From Candidatus Woesearchaeota archaeon (GTDB lineage: Archaea > Nanobdellota > Nanobdellia > Pacearchaeales > GW2011-AR1): a DNA stretch of 33,895 bases. The position numbers and the translations under genes were made by a program. Shown here piece by piece: positions 24,362 to 31,698 of the stretch; position 1 is the first letter of the stretch; the number at the start of each line of letters is the position of its first letter. The notes beneath the pieces were generated by a model. The model was not told the DNA's origin. It saw nothing but the letters and a program-made list of their open reading frames with translations, and did no database searches. Location of the stretch: assembly GCA_964492145.1 (NCBI GenBank), contig CAZBJC010000001.1, forward strand, positions 1 through 33,895, given 5' to 3'.

Positions 24362-25903
24362 TTAAATTAATTTTTTTTGTTTATCTTTTGTTTTTTTATT
24401 TTCTAAATCTTGTTTTATTTCATTTATTATTCTGTGCATTTTCTTTTCTCTGCTTCTTGATATGTAAAAAAAAGATTCATCTCTTGTGCCTTTAGTTATA
24501 AGAATTATTAATTTTCCTTTATTTAATCTTGCAGTTCTCCCTGTTCTCTGAATTGTTCTTATAGCACTCGGAATAGGCTCATAAAAGATGACAGTATTTA
24601 CTTCAGGAATATCCAAGCCTTCCTCTGCAATGCAAGTTGCACACAGTATATTTATTTTTCCTTCTGAGAATTCTTGAATTATTTTTTGTTGTTGTTTTTG
24701 ACTTAAGCCTGTTGCTCCAGCTTGCCCAACAAAGACTTTTGCTTTTATGTTTTTAATTTTATTAATTTTCTTTGAAATATTTGCTGCAGTGTCCCTAAAT
24801 TGAGTGAAGATAATTATCTTCATATCTTTGTTTTCTTCTTTTTCTTTCTCAATTATTTCTAATAATTTCTTTAATTTGGGATGTTCTTGTTTTTTACTTA
24901 AAAGCTCATTTGAGGACATAAATGCAAAATTGAATTCTGGTTTTGCTACAAGTCTAATAACGCCCTTGCTCTTTTTTTTAGCAGCTTCATTAAAGAGTTT
25001 TTTTAAATATTTGTTAAAGCTTTCTAAAGTTTGAGTTTCTAAAAGCTCCAAGGAATGATGAATTTTTATTGCCTGAGCACAAGCACTTGCTCCAAGCATA
25101 TAATTAAAATTTCTATTTCCTCTTGCAAGACTGCCTGAAATTTTTTTTTGAAGATTAATCAAATTTGTTTTACTTGAGGGGCCGAATAGAACTTTTCTTT
25201 TTCTTAATTCTTCAATATATCTGTTTAATAATTTTAAAAGAACATGTTTTATTTCCTGAAATTCTGGAGGGAAATCTATTATTTCTTTTTTAAATTTAAG
25301 CTCTTGAAGATACTGCTTTACATCATCACTCTCTCTTGTTCTAAGTTCTACTTTTTCTATAAAAAGATTTTTACAGATTTCTTTTATCTTAATGGAATCG
25401 CTCCCTGGCGACGCTGTTAATCCTAAAATTCTTGGATTTTGAGATTGTTCTTTGTATTTTTTTGAAATATAATTATAATCATAATTTTTTACACATCTAT
25501 GGGCTTCATCTTCTACTAAAAGGCAGACTTCTCCTAAGTTATAAAGATTTTTTTTTAAATCATTTGCAACACATTGAGGAGTTGAAAAAATAATGTCTGA
25601 ATTTTGCCAAAGTTTTTTTCTTTTTTCTGCTTTTACAGCTCCTGTAAATAATTCTATTTCTCCAAATAATTCTGGAAGATGCTTCTTGAAATAGTTTTTA
25701 TGCTGTTCTGCTAAAGGTTTTGTTGGAGCTAAAAAAACCACTTTTTCTCCAGGGTATTTTCTCATTCTTTGAATTGCAAGCATAAGTGCAATAAGGGTTT
25801 TTCCAAGTCCTGTTGGAAGGACAACAAGACAATTTTTATTAATGCATTCTTCAAAAATCTTTTGCTGGTATTCTCTGGGATTTATATTAATTAAAAACTC
25901 CAT
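24362..25903 (-). CDS. hef: Hef-type SF2 helicase (stand-alone helicase half of Hef)
   Basis: 513 aa. 'PREYQQKIF...NCLVVLPTGLGKTLIA' is motif I, 'EDEAHR' is the DEAH box, and 'TASP' and 'QRTGRTAR' (motif VI) are present. It is collinear with the N-terminal half of euryarchaeal Hef. Confidence 0.88.
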   Translation of the reverse strand: MEFLININPREYQQKIFEECINKNCLVVLPTGLGKTLIALMLAIQRMRKYPGEKVVFLAPTKPLAEQHKNYFKKHLPELFGEIELFTGAVKAEKRKKLWQNSDIIFSTPQCVANDLKKNLYNLGEVCLLVEDEAHRCVKNYDYNYISKKYKEQSQNPRILGLTASPGSDSIKIKEICKNLFIEKVELRTRESDDVKQYLQELKFKKEIIDFPPEFQEIKHVLLKLLNRYIEELRKRKVLFGPSSKTNLINLQKKISGSLARGNRNFNYMLGASACAQAIKIHHSLELLETQTLESFNKYLKKLFNEAAKKKSKGVIRLVAKPEFNFAFMSSNELLSKKQEHPKLKKLLEIIEKEKEENKDMKIIIFTQFRDTAANISKKINKIKNIKAKVFVGQAGATGLSQKQQQKIIQEFSEGKINILCATCIAEEGLDIPEVNTVIFYEPIPSAIRTIQRTGRTARLNKGKLIILITKGTRDESFFYISRSREKKMHRIINEIKQDLENKKTKDKQKKLI

Positions 25904-25910
25904 TTTTATT

Positions 25911-26537
25911 TTACACTAGCAAAAAAATATATCCGACTCCAATTATAATAATTGATGCTAAGAAGCTCCACAAAACTAAGTTCCCAAAGAAAATTTTATT
26001 TCCATCTAAATCAGAGATTGGAAGCATGTTAAAAAAAACATACCAGACGCTTAATTTTGTAAAAATAGCCCAGCCAATTAAATATCCTATTATTGCGAAA
26101 ATCAAATTTGCAAAGATTCCTGCTGCTGCAATTAATCCTATTTGATTTTCAGTTATCTCAGAAAAAGAAAAAATTCCATGTCTTTTTGCAGCTTTGTATA
26201 TTTTTGGTTTAACATCAAAAACTAATGATGCCATCCAAAATAAATTTCCAAAAGAAAGAGCAGATATAATTACTGGAAAAAATATTCCTGCTGGAAAAGG
26301 TTTTTTAAATTCTTGATTAGCTTTAAATCCATATCTTTTTATCTCCCAAGGTCTTATTTTTATTTCTGAATCAAGATAATAACTCATTATTTTTTTTGCC
26401 GAGTTATTTATGAGTATTATTAAAAAAATTGCAAAAGTCATTAAAAAGAAAGTTTTCCAAGATTCAATCAAACTTATTGAAATAGACAATACAAAAGTTA
26501 TAATTAAAACCCAAAAAATTTCTTTTTTGCTTATCAT
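25911..26537 (-). CDS. M50 (site-2 protease)-like membrane protein lacking the HExxH motif
   Basis: 208 aa with about 6 TM segments. The M50-type 'FNMLPISDLDGNKIF' (NxxPxxxLDG) is present. 'NNSAK' stands where HExxH is expected, and the whole protein contains only one His. Confidence 0.55.
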   Translation of the reverse strand: MISKKEIFWVLIITFVLSISISLIESWKTFFLMTFAIFLIILINNSAKKIMSYYLDSEIKIRPWEIKRYGFKANQEFKKPFPAGIFFPVIISALSFGNLFWMASLVFDVKPKIYKAAKRHGIFSFSEITENQIGLIAAAGIFANLIFAIIGYLIGWAIFTKLSVWYVFFNMLPISDLDGNKIFFGNLVLWSFLASIIIIGVGYIFLLV

Positions 26538-26612
26538 ACTCTTTTTAAATAAAAGTTTTTTTATAAAGCTTATTATAAAGATTGATAATTTTGATGTATT
26601 GTTTATATAACG

Positions 26613-26626
26613 GAAAAGTATTTAAA
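26613..26626 (+). promoter_or_regulatory. BRE/TATA-like promoter motif 'gaaaagtatttaaa' (copy 1)
   Basis: The 14-mer ends 22 nt before the A of the ATG at 26648. An identical 14-mer lies at identical spacing at 27428-27441. Confidence 0.55.
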
Positions 26627-26647
26627 TAAGTTTAGATAATTTTTAAT

Positions 26648-26923
26648 ATGAAAATAAAAAAGATTACAGATGTTATTGGAACAAAAGTTTATACAGATTC
26701 AGGCGATTATTTTGGTGAAATTGAAGAGGCTAATTTAATTGAAAATAAAATTGACAGTTGGAGAATAAAAGTTGGAGGAACAATTGTTTCTTTAATTGGC
26801 GGAGCAAGAGGGGTTATTATTCCGCATCAATTTGTCAAGGCTATTAGTGATATTTTAATTATAAATAAATCTGCATTGCCAACTCCTTCTGAACCAGAAG
26901 AGATATCAGAAGATTTAATTTAA
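26648..26923 (+). CDS. PRC-barrel domain protein (stand-alone)
   Basis: 91 aa. 'ITDVIGTKVYTDSGDYFGEIEEANLIENKIDSWRIKV...IIPHQFVKAISDILII' is the PRC-barrel pattern. Confidence 0.7.
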   Translation: MKIKKITDVIGTKVYTDSGDYFGEIEEANLIENKIDSWRIKVGGTIVSLIGGARGVIIPHQFVKAISDILIINKSALPTPSEPEEISEDLI

Positions 26924-26932
26924 TAAAATCAA

Positions 26933-27427
26933 ATGGCTGAAACAATCTTGCAACATTGGCTTTTTACAAGATTTGCTTTTCCTTTTCTTTTAGTCTTTTT
27001 TATTTTATTTGCGGTTCTTGAAAAAACAAATCTTTTTGGAAAAGATAAAAAACAATTAAATGCTTTGGTTTCTTTTGTTATTGGATTGATTTTTGTTACT
27101 TTTGCACATCCAGTTGATGTTGTAAGCAATCTGGTGTTGTTTTTAACTGTTGCACTTGTTATTGTTTTTATTACTTTGCTTATTTGGGGTTTTTTATTAG
27201 GCGAAGTGAAAATAGAAGGAGCTCTTAAGTCTGGATTAATAGGAGTTTTAATTATTTCTGTTACTCTTGCTGTTCTTTGGGCTGTTGGATCTATTGATCC
27301 TGTCATAACATGGTTTCAAAATCAAAATTGGGGAGGGGCTTTTTGGACTAATGTTTTCTTTATTGTTATGATTTCTATTGCTATTTCTTTTATTCTTAAA
27401 GGAACTAGTGCTAGTAAAAGTGAATAA
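26933..27427 (+). CDS. Small polytopic membrane protein (paralog A)
   Basis: 164 aa with 4-5 TM segments. 'FPFLLVFFILFAVLEKTNLFGKDKKQLNALVSFVIGLI' aligns with the N-terminal region of ORF 27463. It starts 9 nt after the PRC-barrel gene. Confidence 0.6.
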   Translation: MAETILQHWLFTRFAFPFLLVFFILFAVLEKTNLFGKDKKQLNALVSFVIGLIFVTFAHPVDVVSNLVLFLTVALVIVFITLLIWGFLLGEVKIEGALKSGLIGVLIISVTLAVLWAVGSIDPVITWFQNQNWGGAFWTNVFFIVMISIAISFILKGTSASKSE

Positions 27428-27441
27428 GAAAAGTATTTAAA
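27428..27441 (+). promoter_or_regulatory. BRE/TATA-like promoter motif 'gaaaagtatttaaa' (copy 2)
   Basis: It is identical to 26613-26626 and ends 22 nt before the ATG at 27463. Confidence 0.55.
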
Positions 27442-27462
27442 GAATATTTTGTAAGTTATATT

Positions 27463-28041
27463 ATGTTTGAAATTTTAGCTTCATATGGATATTATGGAGG
27501 AGGTGCTATTGGAAGTTTTTTTGACATGCTTGCAAGTCAAGGATTTTTTAGCTATCTTCTTCCTTTTTTATTAATCTTTTCTATAGTTTATGGGATTTTG
27601 CTTAAATTAGATTTTTTTAAAAACAATAAATCAATTAATGCAATTATTGCTTTAGCAGTTGGATTAATGGCTCTGCAATTTGATTATGTCCCTGCATTTT
27701 TTTCAGACATCTTTCCAAGAGTCGGAATTGGTTTGGCAATAATTTTAGTAATCCTTATTATTCTCGGATTATTTCTTCCTAATAAAGATTGGGCAGCTTA
27801 TATTTTGTTTGGAGTTGGGATTCTTATTACTCTTTACATAATCTTTAGCACAGAAGGCTTTTTTGGATTTTTTAGTTCAAATATTGGTTATTGGCTTTCA
27901 TATAATTGGCCTTTAATTGCTGGATTAGTTTTTATTATAATAGTTATTGCTGTCATAGTTGGTGCAGGAAAACCTCCAAGAACTCCTAAGCCTTTGTCAG
28001 ATGTTCTTCCACAGTTGTTTGGTTTAAACACTTCTTCATAA
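27463..28041 (+). CDS. Small polytopic membrane protein (paralog B)
   Basis: 192 aa with about 5 TM segments. 'FSYLLPFLLIFSIVYGILLKLDFFKNNKSINAIIALAVGLM' aligns with paralog A. Confidence 0.6.
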   Translation: MFEILASYGYYGGGAIGSFFDMLASQGFFSYLLPFLLIFSIVYGILLKLDFFKNNKSINAIIALAVGLMALQFDYVPAFFSDIFPRVGIGLAIILVILIILGLFLPNKDWAAYILFGVGILITLYIIFSTEGFFGFFSSNIGYWLSYNWPLIAGLVFIIIVIAVIVGAGKPPRTPKPLSDVLPQLFGLNTSS

Positions 28042-28052
28042 ATAAAAATTTA

Positions 28053-28694
28053 TTATTTTTTCTTTTTAGAAGTCTTTTTCTTTTTTGAGATTGATGATTT
28101 TTTTCCTGTTATTTTTTTAAAAGAATCCTGCATCATTGCTATTTCTTTTTTTGTGCTATTTAGTTCTTGTCCATATGCCCCTACTTTTTCTAACACTTTA
28201 ATCTGAATTGTATCAATGATTTTTTCTATTCTTTTTAATCTTTCATCAATTCCATTTACTTTAGTTTGAAAAATTGTTTTAAATTCATTAAAATCATCAA
28301 TACTTTTTTTAATTTGTTTTATTTTTTCAGAAAAAACTTGATTAGAAATCTCAATGACAGTGTCAGAATCTATTGCTGGAGTTTGGACTGGCTGTTCAGC
28401 ATAGTATTCTCCTGCAGGTTGTTCTGCAGGATATGCGCCTTGTTGGTATTCTTGCCCTACTTCTTGTGTTTGAGGAGTATAAGGGGTTTGAGATGCTCCT
28501 GCTTCAGCTATAGGCGATGTTTCTTGAGGGGTTGGAGGGGGGTTCTCAGATGCAACAGCATTTTTTATCTGAGCCTGATTTATTGCATCTGTTATTTGTT
28601 TTGGAGAGATGCCTTGCTGTTGCAAATTGCTTACAATTTCCTCATCACTCATTCCTTGATTTTTTAATTGTGTTACTTGTTCTAAAACTCCCAT
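28053..28694 (-). CDS. Hypothetical protein: UBA-like N-terminal module + P/Q-rich linker + C-terminal coiled coil + poly-K tail
   Basis: 213 aa. The N-terminus is 'QLKNQGMSDEEIVSNLQQQGISPKQITDAINQA'. The P/Q/T/Y-rich centre forms a local GC-rich island. The coiled-coil stretch is 'IDERLKRIEKIIDTIQIKVLEKV'. Any relation to archaellum FlaC/D/E-type coiled coils is only a guess. Confidence 0.55.
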   Translation of the reverse strand: MGVLEQVTQLKNQGMSDEEIVSNLQQQGISPKQITDAINQAQIKNAVASENPPPTPQETSPIAEAGASQTPYTPQTQEVGQEYQQGAYPAEQPAGEYYAEQPVQTPAIDSDTVIEISNQVFSEKIKQIKKSIDDFNEFKTIFQTKVNGIDERLKRIEKIIDTIQIKVLEKVGAYGQELNSTKKEIAMMQDSFKKITGKKSSISKKKKTSKKKK

Positions 28695-28725
28695 TTTATT
28701 CTCTTTTTTATTTAATCATATAAAT

Positions 28726-29073
28726 TTACTTGTTTTTTAATTTTTCTGAATTCTTTATAAAAGGCTTAAGCATATTTACCTGCTTTGCAAGAATTTCTAA
28801 ATCATCTTTTTTTGCAAATTTTGAAAACTCTCCTGAAATTATCTCGAGAAATGAAGCCATTCTTTCTATTTTTTGTTTTATTATTTCTAAGTCTTTTTTT
28901 ATCTCTAGTATTTTTTCTTGATTTTTTTCTTTTATTTCCACTAAATTTTGCCCAATAAGGAGAACTCTTTCTTTTAAGATTCTCTGTTTTTCTTCAGCAT
29001 CTCTGATTCTCATATTTATATCACCTAAGAATTGTCCAGTGTAATCTATTGATTCATCAACCATAAAAAACAT
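28726..29073 (-). CDS. Small coiled-coil protein
   Basis: 115 aa with a continuous heptad pattern ('RIRDAEEKQRILKERVLLIGQNLVEIKEKNQEKILEIKKDLEIIKQKIE'). It forms an operon with 28053..28694 and is divergent from the ATPase gene. Confidence 0.5.
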   Translation of the reverse strand: MFFMVDESIDYTGQFLGDINMRIRDAEEKQRILKERVLLIGQNLVEIKEKNQEKILEIKKDLEIIKQKIERMASFLEIISGEFSKFAKKDDLEILAKQVNMLKPFIKNSEKLKNK

Positions 29074-29158
29074 AAGTTAAAGTGGTTTAAATTTGTTGTG
29101 CTTTATATAAAAATTATTAAAGTGTTATATCTTGCTTTTATTATTAAAATGAAATTAA

Positions 29159-29164
29159 AGGTGA
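29159..29164 (+). promoter_or_regulatory. Shine-Dalgarno-like site for the ATPase gene
   Basis: 'aggtga' ends 5 nt before the ATG at 29170. Unlike most genes in the window, this one appears to have a leader. Confidence 0.4.
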
Positions 29165-29169
29165 TGTAA

Positions 29170-31458
29170 ATGCAATTTAAAGACAAAACTCCTTTGTATT
29201 CTTATGAAGTTCAAAGAGAAGGTGGTGAAGACATACTTTATATTAATTATATGGGGGCTTCTTTTGTTCCAAGTCTTTCTGATTATCCAGAAGTTATGGA
29301 AAAAACTATTGATGCCTTGATTGAAAATCCTAATGTTTCTAGAATTGTTTTTGTTCAGCAAAAAAATTATAATTATGATTTTCAAGAAACCACTATTCTT
29401 TTAGAAATTGCAAGATTTTATGTGTATCTTCTTAAGCAAGAAAAAATATTATCTCATGATAAATTAATTACTGACTGTGAAAAATTTTTTTCTGAGAGAT
29501 ATAATAATCTTTTCTCTTTTTTATTTTTATTAAAACAAGATCCTTTAGCAGCATATGCTGAACTTAAAAGACTTATTATTGAAGCTAAAATCTTTTTAGA
29601 AAAAGTAGAAGATTCTTGCAAAACCGACCAAAAGAATTATATTTCTTTTTTAGAAAAAATTAAAGAATTGTTTGAAAAAATGCAATTAATTAAGAAAGTT
29701 TCACCTTTTCTTGAGACTTATCGAATAGGCGATAGAGAGATTTATCATAACATTTTCAAACCTGATGTTATTCCTAATTTTACTTTTACAAGATTGGTTA
29801 TGAATTTGCCTGAGAAAGGAGAGATTATTGACCAATATAAAATCGGAGAAGGAACTTATGATGAATCTTTAATCACTCTTATTAGAAGAAAAAATGAACC
29901 TAAGCTTTTTTATCATTTAACTCCTCCAGAGAACACTTTAAGTGAAGAGTTTAATATGCTTTTGAATCTTGCTCGAGGGGTTTTAATTGAACACCAGCCT
30001 AAAGCAGAGGAATTTACAGATACTCAACGAACTCGTCAAGTTTTTTTAAATATCTCAAAGGATTTGCTTCAAGATTTAGCCAATACAAAAAAGATTAGCT
30101 TGGATTATGACGATTTAAACAAATTGGCTACAATTCTTGTAAGGCATACTATTGGTTTTGGACTTTTAGAAGTTCTTCTTCAAGATGAAAAATTACAAGA
30201 TATTGTTTTAAATGCCCCGATTTCTCAAACTCCTGTGTTTTTAAGACACCAAGATTATGATGAATGCATTACAAATATTCTCCCAAGTCAAGAAGATGTT
30301 AATTCTTGGGCTGCTAAATTTAGAATGATTTCTGGAAGGCCTTTAGATGAAGCAAATCCTATTTTAGACACTCAATTAGAGATAGGAAAAACAAGAGCCA
30401 GAATCTCAATAATTCAACAACCTTTATCTCCTAATGGATTAGCTTATGCTGTGAGACGACATAGAAGCAAGCCTTGGACACTCCCTCTGTTTGTTAAGGT
30501 TAAAATGCTTAATCCTTTTGCTGCAGGTTTATTTAGTTTTTTGATTGATGGTGCAAGGACTCTTTTAATTGCAGGAACAAGAAGTTCAGGTAAGACTTCA
30601 TTATTAGGAAGCTTAATGCTTGAGATTATACCTAAATATAGAATTATTGTTATAGAAGATACTTTAGAATTGCCTGTTGATTCTTTAAGAGAATTAGATT
30701 ATGATATTTTAAGAATGAAAGTTCGAAGTGCTTTGTTAAAAACTGGAGCTGAAGTTTCTGCAGATGATGGAATAAGAACAAGTTTGAGATTAGGGGATTC
30801 AAGTTTAATAATTGGTGAAGTGAGAAGTGTTGAGGCAAAGGCTCTTTATGAAGCAATGAGAGTTGGGGCTTTAGCAAATGTTGTTGCTGGAACTATTCAT
30901 GGTGCATCTCCATATGGTGTTTTTGACAGAGTTGTTAATGACTTGGGAGTTCCTGCTACGAGCTTTAAGGCAACTGATATTATTGCTGTTGCTAATCCAA
31001 TAAAATCTCCTGACGGGCTTCATTCTTGGAGGCGTTTAATTGGAATATCAGAGGTTAGAAAACATTGGAAAAAAGACCCTTTAACTGAAAAAGGATTTGT
31101 TGATTTAATTAAGTATAATGTAGAAAAAGATGAACTTGAGCCTACTGAAGATTTGATTAATGGTGACAGTGAGATTATAAAAAATATTGCAGCAAATGTT
31201 AAAGGATGGGCTGGAAATTGGGATGCAGTTTATGATAATATTCTTTTAAGAGCTAAGATTAAAAAAGAAATCACAGAGGTTGCAGAAAAAACAAAAAACA
31301 ATTCTCTTTTAGAGGCTGAATTTAATACGCTTTCTAATCATGCTTTTCATATGATTTCTAGTGAAATTATTCAGGAAATAGGGCTTCCTCTTTCTAAAAG
31401 GGTTTTTCCTGAGTGGCAGAAATGGTTAAATAATGAAATAAAGAAAAAAAGAGTTTAA
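29170..31458 (+). CDS. Type II/IV secretion-family ATPase (GspE/FlaI/PilB-like) with long N- and C-terminal extensions
   Basis: 762 aa. Walker A 'GTRSSGKT' is at aa 469-476 and the Walker B-like motif is 'RIIVIEDTLEL'. 'IIGEVRSVEA' and the His-box-like 'GTIHG' are present. Confidence 0.85.
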   Translation: MQFKDKTPLYSYEVQREGGEDILYINYMGASFVPSLSDYPEVMEKTIDALIENPNVSRIVFVQQKNYNYDFQETTILLEIARFYVYLLKQEKILSHDKLITDCEKFFSERYNNLFSFLFLLKQDPLAAYAELKRLIIEAKIFLEKVEDSCKTDQKNYISFLEKIKELFEKMQLIKKVSPFLETYRIGDREIYHNIFKPDVIPNFTFTRLVMNLPEKGEIIDQYKIGEGTYDESLITLIRRKNEPKLFYHLTPPENTLSEEFNMLLNLARGVLIEHQPKAEEFTDTQRTRQVFLNISKDLLQDLANTKKISLDYDDLNKLATILVRHTIGFGLLEVLLQDEKLQDIVLNAPISQTPVFLRHQDYDECITNILPSQEDVNSWAAKFRMISGRPLDEANPILDTQLEIGKTRARISIIQQPLSPNGLAYAVRRHRSKPWTLPLFVKVKMLNPFAAGLFSFLIDGARTLLIAGTRSSGKTSLLGSLMLEIIPKYRIIVIEDTLELPVDSLRELDYDILRMKVRSALLKTGAEVSADDGIRTSLRLGDSSLIIGEVRSVEAKALYEAMRVGALANVVAGTIHGASPYGVFDRVVNDLGVPATSFKATDIIAVANPIKSPDGLHSWRRLIGISEVRKHWKKDPLTEKGFVDLIKYNVEKDELEPTEDLINGDSEIIKNIAANVKGWAGNWDAVYDNILLRAKIKKEITEVAEKTKNNSLLEAEFNTLSNHAFHMISSEIIQEIGLPLSKRVFPEWQKWLNNEIKKKRV

Positions 31459-31466
31459 CTTATTTC
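31412..31466 (+). repeat. 55-nt direct repeat, copy 1 (3' end of the ATPase CDS plus 8 nt)
   Basis: 'agtggcagaaatggttaaataatgaaataaagaaaaaaagagtttaacttatttc' is identical to 31553-31607. Confidence 0.95.
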
Positions 31467-31470
31467 CTAA

Positions 31471-31498
31471 CTGATTCAAATCCACTCTGTGATTTGCA
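31471..31498 (+). repeat. 28-nt hairpin repeat, copy 1
   Basis: 'ctgattcaaatccactctgtgatttgca' folds as the stem CAAAT(C)CAC / GTG-ATTTG, with one bulged C and a 3-nt loop. It is identical to 31524-31551. Confidence 0.9.
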
Positions 31499-31523
31499 AG
31501 ACAAAAAAATCAAAGATTCTTAG

Positions 31524-31551
31524 CTGATTCAAATCCACTCTGTGATTTGCA
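31524..31551 (+). repeat. 28-nt hairpin repeat, copy 2
   Basis: It is a perfect copy, 53 nt downstream of copy 1, separated by the 25-nt 'agacaaaaaaatcaaagattcttag'. Confidence 0.9.
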
Positions 31552-31552
31552 T

Positions 31553-31607
31553 AGTGGCAGAAATGGTTAAATAATGAAATAAAGAAAAAAAGAGTTTAAC
31601 TTATTTC
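31553..31607 (+). repeat. 55-nt direct repeat, copy 2 (non-coding duplicate of the ATPase gene's 3' end)
   Basis: It is a perfect copy of 31412-31466. An in-frame TAG (31552-31554) immediately precedes its TGG codon, so it cannot be translated as part of a longer ORF. Confidence 0.95.
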
Positions 31608-31698
31608 TTTAGATTTCCTCGCCAACGCAGTTGCTCGTCATAACAAAAATAGACAAGATTTATTAATTAATTTTCATTACTTATTCTTAATAAATAAA

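Noticed and set aside
24355-24385. The Hef helicase/nuclease split as a frameshift sequencing error in the A8 run (pseudogene).
   Set aside because: A one-A deletion in the run gives an immediate in-frame stop. A one-A insertion reads through but out of register with the nuclease frame, so neither reproduces the nuclease ORF. The nuclease ORF has its own ATG exactly at the domain boundary. It is treated as a real split pending read-level confirmation.
31471-31498. 'gattcaaatcc' resembles a tRNA T-arm/T-loop (GGTTCAAATCC), suggesting a tRNA fragment or att site.
   Set aside because: The flanking bases do not pair as a 5-bp T-stem, no acceptor stem or CCA context can be built, and no full tRNA cloverleaf fits anywhere nearby.
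31471-31551. Possible mini CRISPR array (28-nt repeat, 25-nt spacer, 28-nt repeat).
   Set aside because: There are only two repeats, and the 25-nt spacer is shorter than usual. There is no leader-like A/T block distinct from background and no cas genes in the 33.9 kb. The repeat ends do not resemble common ...GAAA(C/G) termini. It is kept as a hairpin-repeat finding rather than called CRISPR.
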